The position numbers and the translations under genes are program-made. The notes beneath the pieces were generated by a model that saw only the letters and a program-made list of their open reading frames with translations, was not told the DNA's origin and searched no databases. A stretch of 64,000 nt of DNA from Candidatus Omnitrophota bacterium (GTDB taxonomy: Bacteria > Omnitrophota > Omnitrophia > Omnitrophales > Aquincolibacteriaceae), in contig JAZDJU010000031.1 of the NCBI GenBank assembly GCA_043803685.1, positions 103,970 to 167,969 on the forward strand. Direction: 5' to 3'. Below are positions 1 through 9,285 of this stretch, in pieces; position 1 is the stretch's first letter; every line of letters starts with the position of its first letter.

Positions 1-1612
1 CGGGGGCGGTCACAAGATCCGAGGTCGGATAGAATTTCTTCAGATCCTCGGTCTTGGCGGGCCAACCCAGCGTCGAGAACGGCCAGAGCCAGCTCGAGAA
101 CCAGGTATCGAGCACATCCTCGTCACGCTTGATGTCCTTAGAACCACAGTGCGGACATTGCGTGATATCTTCTCGAGAAACGATGACTCCGTTAGACTTC
201 AGACTGCAGACTTCAGACTGCAGGCTTTTTTCTGTGGTCTGGGGTCTAGAGTCTGTGGTCTTTCTAGTTTGGAGCTGTTCGCATTTTGAACAGTACCAAA
301 CTGGAATTTGATGCCCCCACCAGATCTGGCGGGAGATGCACCAATCGCGGATGCCACCGAGCCAGTTCAGATAGACCTTGGTCCAGCGGTCCGGAAAGAA
401 AACCGTTTTCCCCTCGGCGTGCGCCTTGAGGGCCTTCTCGGCCAGGGGCTGCATCTTCACGAACCATTGCTTCGAAAGATACGGCTCCACCACAGTGTCG
501 CAACGGTAGCAGTGCCCGACCGCGTGAAGGTGTGAATCGCGCCGGACAAAAAGCCCTTGTTCTTCCAGGTCCTGCAAAACTTTCTTGCGGGCCTCGAAAC
601 GGTCCATGCCTTTGTAAGGGCCGCCGTGTTCGTTGATCTTGGCGTCCGGCGTCATCACGTTGATCTGCTCGAGTTTGTGACGGTGCCCCATCGCAAAGTC
701 ATTGGGATCATGCGCGGGCGTCACTTTCACGATCCCGGTCCCGAACTCGGGATCGACGAATTCATCGGCGATCACCACGATCTCGCGATTCACCAAAGGA
801 AGCAGGACTTTTTTCCCGATCAGATGCTGATAGCGCGGATCCTTCGGATGCACCGCGACCGCCGTATCGCCCAGCATCGTCTCGGGCCGCGTCGTTGCGA
901 CCACGATGTGGTCCTCACCCATTTTTTCGTAAGGACCGCTCTTCCCCACAACAGGATATTTGATGTGATAGAGCCCGCCCTGCACGTCCTTGTGAGCGGC
1001 TTCCTCATCCGAAAGCGCGGTCTGGCAACGCGGGCACCAGTTGATGATATAATTCCCACGATAAATAAGCCCGCGTTCATAAAGCGTGACGAACGCTTCA
1101 CGCACGGCCTTGGAAAGTCCTTCGTCCATTGTAAAACGTTCGCGCGTCCAGTCGCAGGAAGCGCCAAGACGGCGGAGCTGACGCGTAATGGTCGAGCCGT
1201 GCTCGTGTTTCCATTTCCAAACCTCTTGGAGGAAGGCTTCACGCCCGAGGTCCCAGCGGGTCTTCTTTTCCTTGGCGAGTTTCTTTTCCACCACGTTCTG
1301 CGTCGCGATCCCCGCGTGATCGACCCCGGGAATCCAAAGCGCGTCCCGGCCCTTCATGCGGTTCCAGCGAACGAGAATATCCTGAATAGCGTTGTTGAGC
1401 GCGTGCCCCATGTGCAGGATCCCCGTCACGTTCGGAGGAGGGATGACGATGACGTAAGGATGGGGAACGGGGAACGAGGAACGGGGAACTCTCTTAGGGT
1501 CTGTTGTCTGAGTGACGAAGTCACTCGCGGGACGGAAATACCCCTTGAATTCCCAAAGGGTGTACCACTTCGTCTCTACCTGCTTGGAGTTGTATTGTTT
1601 TTCTAATTCCAT
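1..1612 (-). CDS. valS: Valyl-tRNA synthetase, 3' end runs off the window
   Basis: Manual translation from ATG 1612: MELEKQYN...[16 protein letters not shown] (HIGH-type motif) and [15 protein letters not shown]...DVLDTWFSS. Missing from the ORF track because it is truncated. Confidence 0.97.
   Translation of the reverse strand, partial: MELEKQYNSKQVETKWYTLWEFKGYFRPASDFVTQTTDPKRVPRSSFPVPHPYVIVIPPPNVTGILHMGHALNNAIQDILVRWNRMKGRDALWIPGVDHAGIATQNVVEKKLAKEKKTRWDLGREAFLQEVWKWKHEHGSTITRQLRRLGASCDWTRERFTMDEGLSKAVREAFVTLYERGLIYRGNYIINWCPRCQTALSDEEAAHKDVQGGLYHIKYPVVGKSGPYEKMGEDHIVVATTRPETMLGDTAVAVHPKDPRYQHLIGKKVLLPLVNREIVVIADEFVDPEFGTGIVKVTPAHDPNDFAMGHRHKLEQINVMTPDAKINEHGGPYKGMDRFEARKKVLQDLEEQGLFVRRDSHLHAVGHCYRCDTVVEPYLSKQWFVKMQPLAEKALKAHAEGKTVFFPDRWTKVYLNWLGGIRDWCISRQIWWGHQIPVWYCSKCEQLQTRKTTDSRPQTTEKSLQSEVCSLKSNGVIVSREDITQCPHCGSKDIKRDEDVLDTWFSSWLWPFSTLGWPAKTEDLKKFYPTSDLVTAP
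192..262. repeat. Heptamer mirror-repeat hairpin (CAGACNN / NNGTCTG), in frame in valS
   Basis: TAGACTT CAGACTG CAGACTT CAGACTG CAGGCTT followed by TCTGTGG TCTGGGG TCTAGAG TCTGTGG. Confidence 0.85.
1462..1489. repeat. GGGGAAC heptamer tandem repeat, in frame in valS
   Basis: GGGGAAC GGGGAAC GAGGAAC GGGGAAC; related arrays at 1620-1668, 8501-8565 and 11063-11092. Confidence 0.8.
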
Positions 1613-1670
1613 ATTTTTCGGGAAACGGGTAATGGGTAACGGTGAACGACAGACTTTTCGTTCCCCGGTT

Positions 1671-3242
1671 TTATCCTTTATGCAGTTTATACTCGATGGC
1701 TTCAACGAGGGCCTTCCAACTGGCCTCGATGATGTTCTCGTGAACGCCCACCGTCGTCCAGGACTTGTCCTTGTCCTGGAATTCGATGAAGACACGCACC
1801 TTGGCCGCCGTTCCGGCCTCGGAATTGACGACGCGCACTTTATAATCCGTCAGATGGATCTCGGCGATCGACGGAAACGAGCGGCCGAGCGCCTTGCGAA
1901 GCGCGGAATCGAGCGCGTTCACGGGGCCGTCCCCTTCCGCGGACTCGAAATGTTCCTCGCCCTTGGCCAGGATCTTGACGTCCGCGATGGAACGCGGAAC
2001 GCCCTTGCCAATATTCTCGGTCCGGACCGAAATGTCTTCGACCTTGAAGAACGGTTTGAATTTTCCGAGCAGTCGCTGCACCAAAAGCTCGAAGCTTGCT
2101 TCCGCGGCCTCGAATTGGTAACCTTCGTGCTCAAGTTTCTGGATCTCCGTCAGGATCTTCGCGGCTTCGGGAGAATCCTTCAGGAACTTGAGCTCCAGTT
2201 CCTGAGCCTTGATCATGATGTTCGTTTTACCGCCAAGCTCCGAAACAAGATAGCGACGATAATTGCCGAGGGCCTGGGGTTCCACGTGCTCGTAGGTCCT
2301 CGCGTTCTTCATCATCGCGTTGATGTGGACGCCACCTTTATGAGCGAACGCGGAGCGACCCGTGAACGGCTGGTGATTCAAGAGCGGCATATTGCAGACC
2401 TCTGCCACATAATGCGAAAGAGGGGTCAACTCTTTCATCTTTTTCGCCAGAAAACACGGCACCTTCATCTTGAACTGAAGGTCCGGTATGATGCTCATGA
2501 GATTCGCGTTCCCGCAGCGCTCTCCGTAACCGTTGATGGTGCCCTGCACAAGGACGCAACCTTCGCCAACCGCTTGAACGGAATTAGCAACCGCAAGCTC
2601 CGAATCGTTGTGACAATGGATCCCAAGCGGAGTCTTCAGGGTACGTTTCACCTTCAGGATGGCATGACGGATCTCATGCGGTAAACTTCCGCCGTTCGTA
2701 TCGCAAAGCGTAAGGTTGTCGGCTCCGGCCTTGGCGGCCTGCCGAAGCGCTTGCAGGGCATATTCCGGGTTCGCCTTGAAACCATCGAAGAAATGCTCCG
2801 CGTCAAAGATCACCTCGATCTTCCGGTCCTTGAGATAGGCAACCGTCTCGTAGATCATCAGAAGGTTCTCTTTGAGCGTTGTCTTGAAAACCTCCGTCAC
2901 GTGCATGTCCCAGGATTTCCCGAACACCGTCACAACTTTTGTGCCAGCCTCGAGCAGCGCCTTGATCTGCGGATCCTCTTTGACCTTCACGTGGGCCCGG
3001 CGCGTGGAACCGAACGCCGCGATCTTCGCCTTCCGGATCCCGGCCTTCTTCACCATCGTGAAAAATTCCATATCCTTGGGATTCGAGCCCGGCCATCCAC
3101 CTTCGATGTAGTGGATCCCGAATTGGTCGAGCCGCTTCGCGATCAGGACCTTGTCGTGCGAAGACAGACTGATGCCCTCAGCTTGGGAGCCGTCACGGAG
3201 TGTCGTGTCGTAAAAGAATATCTTTTTTTGTTTTGCAGTCAT
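1671..3242 (-). CDS. cimA: Citramalate synthase
   Basis: [36 protein letters not shown] and a C-terminal LeuA-type regulatory domain; start chosen at MTAKQ after AGGGA. Confidence 0.93.
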   Translation of the reverse strand: MTAKQKKIFFYDTTLRDGSQAEGISLSSHDKVLIAKRLDQFGIHYIEGGWPGSNPKDMEFFTMVKKAGIRKAKIAAFGSTRRAHVKVKEDPQIKALLEAGTKVVTVFGKSWDMHVTEVFKTTLKENLLMIYETVAYLKDRKIEVIFDAEHFFDGFKANPEYALQALRQAAKAGADNLTLCDTNGGSLPHEIRHAILKVKRTLKTPLGIHCHNDSELAVANSVQAVGEGCVLVQGTINGYGERCGNANLMSIIPDLQFKMKVPCFLAKKMKELTPLSHYVAEVCNMPLLNHQPFTGRSAFAHKGGVHINAMMKNARTYEHVEPQALGNYRRYLVSELGGKTNIMIKAQELELKFLKDSPEAAKILTEIQKLEHEGYQFEAAEASFELLVQRLLGKFKPFFKVEDISVRTENIGKGVPRSIADVKILAKGEEHFESAEGDGPVNALDSALRKALGRSFPSIAEIHLTDYKVRVVNSEAGTAAKVRVFIEFQDKDKSWTTVGVHENIIEASWKALVEAIEYKLHKG

Positions 3243-3264
3243 AAAAAGTTCCCTGAACAACAAC

Positions 3265-3340
3265 GTATCAGGGTATCAAAGTGTCCGAGTGTCATATTTT
3301 TAACGCTTTGACACGTTGATACTTTGACACATTGACACTT
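3265..3340. repeat. Octamer mirror-repeat hairpin (GTRTCA x4 / TGAYAC x4)
   Basis: gtatcagg gtatcaaa gtgtccga gtgtca ... ttgacacg ttgatact ttgacaca ttgacac; homologues at 7015-7090 and 12233-12301. Confidence 0.85.
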
Positions 3341-4556
3341 ATTTCTTGCCAAGCCCAAACGCCTTGTGGATCACTTTCGCGGCGAGCTTGCCCTTATCGC
3401 CGGCGACGACGACTGAGATCTTGATCTCCGAAGTCGAGATCATATCGATATTGATCTTGTTCTTGGCCAGGGTCGAGAACATCTTGGACGCGATACCGGA
3501 ATGAGAACGCATCCCGATCCCGACCACGCTGACCTTCGCGACGTTCTCGTCGCAGGTGACGTTCGTGGCGCCAACCTTCTTCATGGCCGCCTTGACGACC
3601 TTCATGGCCTTCACGAGCTCGTTCTTGAAGACGGTAAAAGAGATGTCGGTGGAATTCGTCTGCGTTTTGTTCTGAATGATCATATCCACGTTCACGTTCG
3701 CGTCCGCCAGGGTCTGGAAGACCTTGGCCGCCACGCCCGGGCGGTCCGAAACGCGGAACAGAGTGATCTTCGCCTCATCTTCAGCTAACGCGACACCGCT
3801 TACAACGACTTCTTCCATGGCCTTATTCTCCTTCGTGATAAGAGTTCCTTTGTGGTCGTTCTGGGAATTGCAGACCCAAATCGGCATGTTGAATTTTTTT
3901 CCGACTTCGATCGAACGCGAGTGCATGACTTTCGCCCCGAGCGACGCGAGCTCGAGGATCTCGTCATAGGTGACCTGATTCATTTTTTGCGCGTCCGGGA
4001 TCACGCGCGGATCCGCGGTGTAGATCCCGTCCACGTCCGTGTAGATCTCGCAATGTTTTGCCTTGAGGGCCACCGCCAACGCCACAGCGGTCAGGTCCGA
4101 ACCGCCGCGCCCGAGCGTCGTGATCTCGCCCGAGGGCGTCTGCCCCTGGAACCCGGCCACGATCACGATCTTTCCTGCGGACAACGCTTTCTTAATACGG
4201 TCCGCGCTAATGTTCTGGATCCGGGCCTTGCTGTGGAATTCGTCCGTGATGGTCCCCACTTGCGAACCCGTGAACGAGACCGCCTCGTGTCCCAATTTCT
4301 GGACCGCCATCGCCAAAAGCGCGATCGAGACCTGTTCCCCCGTCGAGAGAAGCATGTCCATTTCCCGGTCCTGAGGATCCTTGTTGATCTGATCGGCGAG
4401 CGTGATCAGGTCATCGGTCATGTCGCCCATGGCAGAAACCACCACCACGACCTTGTTCCCGGCTTTCTTGGTCTTGATCACACGTTGAGCGACCCTCAGG
4501 ATCTTTTCCGCATTGGCGACCGAAGAGCCGCCGTACTTCTGAACAATAAGTGACAT
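3339..4556 (-). CDS. lysC: Aspartate kinase
   Basis: MSLIVQKYGGSSV, TTLGRGGSD, two ACT domains; GAGGA RBS before ATG 4556. Confidence 0.96.
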   Translation of the reverse strand: MSLIVQKYGGSSVANAEKILRVAQRVIKTKKAGNKVVVVVSAMGDMTDDLITLADQINKDPQDREMDMLLSTGEQVSIALLAMAVQKLGHEAVSFTGSQVGTITDEFHSKARIQNISADRIKKALSAGKIVIVAGFQGQTPSGEITTLGRGGSDLTAVALAVALKAKHCEIYTDVDGIYTADPRVIPDAQKMNQVTYDEILELASLGAKVMHSRSIEVGKKFNMPIWVCNSQNDHKGTLITKENKAMEEVVVSGVALAEDEAKITLFRVSDRPGVAAKVFQTLADANVNVDMIIQNKTQTNSTDISFTVFKNELVKAMKVVKAAMKKVGATNVTCDENVAKVSVVGIGMRSHSGIASKMFSTLAKNKINIDMISTSEIKISVVVAGDKGKLAAKVIHKAFGLGKK

Positions 4557-4596
4557 CTGAATAGTCCTCCTCAAATAATTTATACGCTGATCACCT

Positions 4597-4667
4597 GATG
4601 GAGGAAGGAGGATGGCGGAGGGCGTCAAAGTCTTTACTCCAACCGCCATCCACCATCCGTCATCCTT
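4597..4667. repeat. Heptamer mirror-repeat hairpin (GATGGNG / NCCATCC)
   Basis: gatggag gaaggag gatggcg gagggcg ... tccaacc gccatcc accatcc gtcatcc. Confidence 0.8.
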
Positions 4668-4672
4668 GGGCG

Positions 4673-5878
4673 TTACCCCGCCTTCGCCATAAAAAAAGGC
4701 ATCAGCTCCGTGGTTTTAATGAATTTCAGCTCGGAGGTCTTGGCCGCGATCTCCGAGAAGCGCTCGATCTCGTCGGGCATGACGTTCTTGCCCGTAACGG
4801 CGAACGGCACGCTATCGCGGACGATCTCTCTCATCTTCCAAAGCGTCGCGTGCCCCGGCGTGACCAGAAGACGGGATTCCTTGGAACGTTCGAGGTATTT
4901 CTTGATCTTGGAGAGCACGAAGAAATCGATCCCCTCGATCGCCGCGACCTTGTTCTTCACATCCCCGGTCCGGGACGCGACCTCGGGCGTGTGGAGGTGG
5001 AGACACACAAAATCTTTTTCTTCCAGCGCGTCAATCGCCACTTTGGAGATCTTGTCGTAGAAAGCCGACGGTTCCTCGCCCTCTTCCTTGACGTCCATCA
5101 CCGTGAACCCGGTGAGCCGGCCCAGTCCCCGGGCATATTCGCGCGCGGAGACCATCGCGCCGCCGGCGACATCGAAACATTCGCGGAAAGGCTTGAGGGA
5201 CGGTTTTTTTCCCTGTCCCCAGAGCCAGATCATGTTCGCGGGATTCTCACCGAGATCCACGCGCACCTGGTTGATCTCGTGGTCCTGCAGAAGCAGCCTT
5301 GCATCGTACATCAATTTCCGCATCAATTCGTCACCCGGTCCGCGCGGCAGAACGTCTTCGATCTTCTCGCCAACCACACTTTCCGGCGCCTGGGTCTTCG
5401 CGGACAGCGCTTCGTACCCGTTCGCGTCCTTGATCACCGCAAGATGCCGGTACCCGGAGCTCGAAAAGAACCGCACAAAATCGCTCGCAACCTTTTTATT
5501 CATGAAATTGATGAGCGCCTTGGCCTCTTTCGTGCTCAGATCGCCAGCGGTCGGATCGGCGAGCGTCCCCGCGGCCTCCGTGATAAAATTCATGCAGAAC
5601 GCGACTTCCTTGTCGTCGAGCGTCAGCTCTTTGTCAGCAGCCTCGAGCGGTCCCCGGCCCGTGTAGAGTTTCGACGCGTCGTAACCCAAAAGATTGAACA
5701 GGCTCACGTCCGCGGAAGCAGGCAAACGGTCGGACACGAGCTTCGCCGTCCCCACTTTACCGTTCTTCGCAAAGAAATTGAGATTCGGGACTTTTGCCAC
5801 TTCGAGAGGTGTCTTGCCTCCGAGTTCCTCGGTCGGATGATCCGCAGCACCGGCGAGAACTATAACGATCGATTTCAT
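4673..5878 (-). CDS. apgM: ApgM-type phosphoglycerate mutase / proposed homoserine kinase family protein, catalytic motifs degenerate
   Basis: LGGKTPLEVA, YTGRGPLEAA, PANMIWLWGQG; located in the thr operon. Confidence 0.85.
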   Translation of the reverse strand: MKSIVIVLAGAADHPTEELGGKTPLEVAKVPNLNFFAKNGKVGTAKLVSDRLPASADVSLFNLLGYDASKLYTGRGPLEAADKELTLDDKEVAFCMNFITEAAGTLADPTAGDLSTKEAKALINFMNKKVASDFVRFFSSSGYRHLAVIKDANGYEALSAKTQAPESVVGEKIEDVLPRGPGDELMRKLMYDARLLLQDHEINQVRVDLGENPANMIWLWGQGKKPSLKPFRECFDVAGGAMVSAREYARGLGRLTGFTVMDVKEEGEEPSAFYDKISKVAIDALEEKDFVCLHLHTPEVASRTGDVKNKVAAIEGIDFFVLSKIKKYLERSKESRLLVTPGHATLWKMREIVRDSVPFAVTGKNVMPDEIERFSEIAAKTSELKFIKTTELMPFFMAKAG

Positions 5879-6945
5879 CGGATCACCTCCTTGACAGCAT
5901 CAAGCGTGGACGGGACCTTGAAAACCGGGTCCTCGAAACTGAGCGCGAAATCAGGGTCCTTCAAACCCGCTCCCGTGAGGGTGATCACGATGCGGGATCC
6001 TTCCTTGAAAAATCCTTTGCGGGCGAGGTTGATCACACCCGCGACCGGCGCGACACTAGCCGGCTCCGCGAAAACGCCTTCGCGCTCCGCGATAAAGCGA
6101 TACGCCTTCGTGATCTCTTCGTCCGTCACACTATCGATCAACCCGCCCGATTCATCGCGCGCGGCAACCGCGCCCTGCCAGCTCGCGGGATTTCCGATAC
6201 GGATCGCGGTCGCGAGCGTTTCCGGCTTTTCCACCGGATGCCCGAGCACGATCGGCGCCGAGCCCGCGGCCTGAAAACCGAGCATCTTCGGCAACGTCTC
6301 CGACTTCCCCACTTTTTTATATTCCTTGTAACCCTTCCAGTAGGCGGTGATGTTCCCCGCATTCCCGACCGGGATCGCGTGATATTCCGGCGCGTCCCCG
6401 AGATCGTCCACGATCTCAAAGGCCCCCGTCTTCTGTCCTTCGATCCGGTACGGATTGATGGAATTCACCAGAGTGATCTTACCTTCCGCCGTGATTTCCT
6501 TCACAAGCTCGAGGGCTTTGTCAAAATTCCCCTCGATCATGATCACTTTCGCGCCGTAGCGGTACGCCTGAAGGAGTTTTCCTTTGGCGATCTTACCTTC
6601 AGGGATCAACACATAACATTTCAACCCGCACCGGGCCGCGTAGGCCGCAGCGGAGGCGGAGGTATTTCCGGTCGAGGCGCACATCACAGCCTTCGATCCC
6701 GCTTCAACCGCCTTCGAGATCGCCATCGTCATTCCGCGATCCTTGAAAGAACCGGTCGGGTTCAGACCTTCGAACTTGTAATAGATCCGGACATTCTTCA
6801 GCCCGAGCTCCCGGGGCAAAGCCTCCGCGAGAATAAGCGGCGTGTTGCCTTCATTGAGCGAAACGATGGGAGTCTTGTCCGTGACCGGAAGATACTCCTG
6901 GTAACGTTCGATGATCCCGATCTTCTTAACCGCGTATTTTCCCAT
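5875..6945 (-). CDS. thrC: Threonine synthase
   Basis: EGLNPTGSFKDRG, CASTGNTSAS, PVGNAGN. Confidence 0.97.
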   Translation of the reverse strand: MGKYAVKKIGIIERYQEYLPVTDKTPIVSLNEGNTPLILAEALPRELGLKNVRIYYKFEGLNPTGSFKDRGMTMAISKAVEAGSKAVMCASTGNTSASAAAYAARCGLKCYVLIPEGKIAKGKLLQAYRYGAKVIMIEGNFDKALELVKEITAEGKITLVNSINPYRIEGQKTGAFEIVDDLGDAPEYHAIPVGNAGNITAYWKGYKEYKKVGKSETLPKMLGFQAAGSAPIVLGHPVEKPETLATAIRIGNPASWQGAVAARDESGGLIDSVTDEEITKAYRFIAEREGVFAEPASVAPVAGVINLARKGFFKEGSRIVITLTGAGLKDPDFALSFEDPVFKVPSTLDAVKEVIR

Positions 6946-7014
6946 AAAATTTGATTCCGTTATTTCCAGATTCGCTTTTTTTTTCTTCCACCAACTCCGA
7001 AACTGAATCCTTCC

Positions 7015-7090
7015 GTATCAAAGTATCACAGTGTCACAGTATCAGGGTTTGAGCACCTTGACACTTTGAGACTCTGACACCCCGACACTT
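7015..7090. repeat. Octamer mirror-repeat hairpin, second copy
   Basis: gtatcaaa gtatcaca gtgtcaca gtatca ... ttgacact ttgagact ctgacacc ccgacact. Confidence 0.85.
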
Positions 7091-7096
7091 ATTTCC

Positions 7097-8392
7097 CTAC
7101 GCCTCTTCGATACGGATGACCTGAGTACGTCCCTTGATGCAGGACATGCCGTCGATCTCGCGGATCGCGGCTCTCAGATCTTTTTCGTGCGTGTCATGGG
7201 TCAAGAGGATGAGCGGCACCACGCGCCCGGCGCTGCGTTCGCGCTGCATCACGTCCGAGATGCTAATCTTGTATTTACCGAGGATCTTCGAGATATTCGC
7301 GAGCACGCTGGGTTTGTCGATCACGTAAAACCGCAGGTAATAACGCGACAGGATCGAAAAAATACTTCTCACCGGCAAGGTCTTCCCGAGCGCCCGGACC
7401 ATGAAAGAGTCCTCGATCGGCCCGACAGCCCCGGCCTTGGCGATATCCACCAGGTCCGCGATCACGGCGCTTGCCGTAGGATGCGGTCCGGCCCCGCGGC
7501 CGTAAAAAAGAACGTCGCCCACTTCATCGCCGCGCATCAGGATCGCGTTGAACGACCCGTTCACGTTCGCGAGGATGTGCGAATTCGGGAGAAGCGTCGG
7601 TTGAACACGCGCCTCCATCCCCTCGCCCGAACGTTTGGCGATCGCGAGCAGTTTGATCGTGTATCCGAATTCCTTAGCGAAGGCGATGTCATCGCTTGAG
7701 ATCTCGGTGATCCCTTCGCAGTAAATGTCCTTGAATTTCACTTTCCCGCCGAACGCGAAACGCGCGAGGATCGCAAGCTTGTGCGCGGCATCGTGCCCGC
7801 TCACGTCGAGAAAAGGATTCGCCTCGGCAAAACCCAGCTTCTGGGCGCCGGCCAGGGCTTCCGCGAAGCTCACACCCTTGGCGGTCATCTGGGTCAGAAT
7901 ATAGTTCGTGGTCCCGTTGATAATGGCATGCATCGAATCGATGCGGTTCGCCACAAGGCCTTCGCGAAGCGCCTTGATACACGGGATGCCACCGCCCACG
8001 CTTGCCTCGAAACACAACCAGCGTTTCATCCGGTGCGCGAGCTCAAAGATCTCATCGCCATACTCGGCCAGAAGGGCCTTGTTCGCCGTCACCACATGCT
8101 TGCCGTTCTTCAGGGCTTCCTTGATCAATTGACGGGCGATCGTCGTACCCCCGATCAGCTCGACCACCACGTCGATGGACGGGTCCCGCACGACCTCAAA
8201 AGCGTCCTTGGTCAGAATGTTTTTCGGAGGACGGACTTTTTTGTTCCGCTCGGGATATTTCTCCGCGATCAGCGCAAGCTCGAAGGACACGCCGAGCTGG
8301 CGCGCGAACGAAGCCTTCTTCGCCGTAAGGATCTCATAGAGTCCGGTCCCGATCTGTCCTAGCCCGAGAAGTCCGATCCTGATCTTTTTCAT
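7097..8392 (-). CDS. hom: Homoserine dehydrogenase with C-terminal ACT domain
   Basis: GLGQIG Rossmann motif, VVTANK, EASVGGGIP, NGTTNYIL. Confidence 0.96.
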   Translation of the reverse strand: MKKIRIGLLGLGQIGTGLYEILTAKKASFARQLGVSFELALIAEKYPERNKKVRPPKNILTKDAFEVVRDPSIDVVVELIGGTTIARQLIKEALKNGKHVVTANKALLAEYGDEIFELAHRMKRWLCFEASVGGGIPCIKALREGLVANRIDSMHAIINGTTNYILTQMTAKGVSFAEALAGAQKLGFAEANPFLDVSGHDAAHKLAILARFAFGGKVKFKDIYCEGITEISSDDIAFAKEFGYTIKLLAIAKRSGEGMEARVQPTLLPNSHILANVNGSFNAILMRGDEVGDVLFYGRGAGPHPTASAVIADLVDIAKAGAVGPIEDSFMVRALGKTLPVRSIFSILSRYYLRFYVIDKPSVLANISKILGKYKISISDVMQRERSAGRVVPLILLTHDTHEKDLRAAIREIDGMSCIKGRTQVIRIEEA

Positions 8393-8450
8393 GGTGTCCC
8401 TCGTTCAAACATCCTAAGTTCAATAGTAGTAAAACCTTAACAAGGCAGGG

Positions 8451-8479
8451 AGTATAACTTACATCAGATGAAAAATCAA
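8451..8479 (-). promoter_or_regulatory. Putative sigma70 promoter of the hom operon
   Basis: Minus strand TTGATT-N17-TATACT about 60 bp upstream of hom. Confidence 0.55.
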
Positions 8480-8737
8480 ACAGGCCTTCCTCATAAAATC
8501 CGGGAAACGTTCCTCGGGGAACGCAGGCATTTTTTCCGTCCGCTTCCCGTTCCCCGCTCCCCGGGATCGTGTATTTTCCACTTACTTTACTTTAGAACCT
8601 GTTGATGTATACTAGCCTTGTCTTACATTCTTTTCTTGAATGGCGACAAGGCTTGCCCCAATTTCAACTTCGTTAAAATTGATAAGAATTGGGACTAGCG
8701 TTGCTTTTTCGGGAAAATCTCAACGGAGAGGTCCAAA

Positions 8738-9163
8738 ATGAATAAGAAATTGATTCCCGCCCTTGTCCTTATCTCAGCGATCACCGGCTTCGGCATGGCG
8801 CGATCCGGTCAATACGACGAAGACGCGCGCGCGCAGGAAAAGATCCAGAAACAAATGGATGTAGAAACAGCGACGCCGGAGGAACGTCACCCCATGAAGA
8901 ATTTCGCGACGGGCGTCAAAGAAGTCACCTATGACAACGTCCGGGACACCTTAAGTGATACCGCCAAGGGAACCGCCCATGAGAAGCCGATCGTCGGAAC
9001 TCTCGACGGAACCCAGCAGGCCGGCGAAAAAGTGGTCGATAACACCATCAAAGGCGTCAAGAAGGTTGCGTCCCTCGGTTACGCGAAAGACGACAGCTAT
9101 GAGATCGCCCAACCTGAAAAAGGTTCCGGCGAAGCCGCCAAGATCAAGCTCTTCAAGTTCTGA
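8738..9163 (+). CDS. Hypothetical secreted protein
   Basis: GAGG RBS and N-terminal signal peptide; no recognised domain. Confidence 0.75.
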   Translation: MNKKLIPALVLISAITGFGMARSGQYDEDARAQEKIQKQMDVETATPEERHPMKNFATGVKEVTYDNVRDTLSDTAKGTAHEKPIVGTLDGTQQAGEKVVDNTIKGVKKVASLGYAKDDSYEIAQPEKGSGEAAKIKLFKF

Positions 9164-9200
9164 TCAGACTACAGTCGTTAGACTGCAGCATTTAAAAAAT

Positions 9201-9240
9201 AGGGGTCGTCACCGTTTTTCTAAAAAGGTGACGACCCCTT
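9201..9240. terminator. Palindrome between convergent genes (REP-like or bidirectional terminator)
   Basis: AGGGGTCGTCACC-gtttttctaaaaa-GGTGACGACCCCT. Confidence 0.65.
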
Positions 9241-9285
9241 CTTTATTATTAAGTCTGTAGTCTCTGGTCTGAAGTCTGAGGCCTA

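Noticed and set aside
557..2684. Long plus-strand ORFs (also 4598-6274, 27664-29022, 33474-36044, 36907-38070)
   Set aside because: Antisense shadows of well-conserved minus-strand genes in GC-rich DNA; no recognisable motifs.
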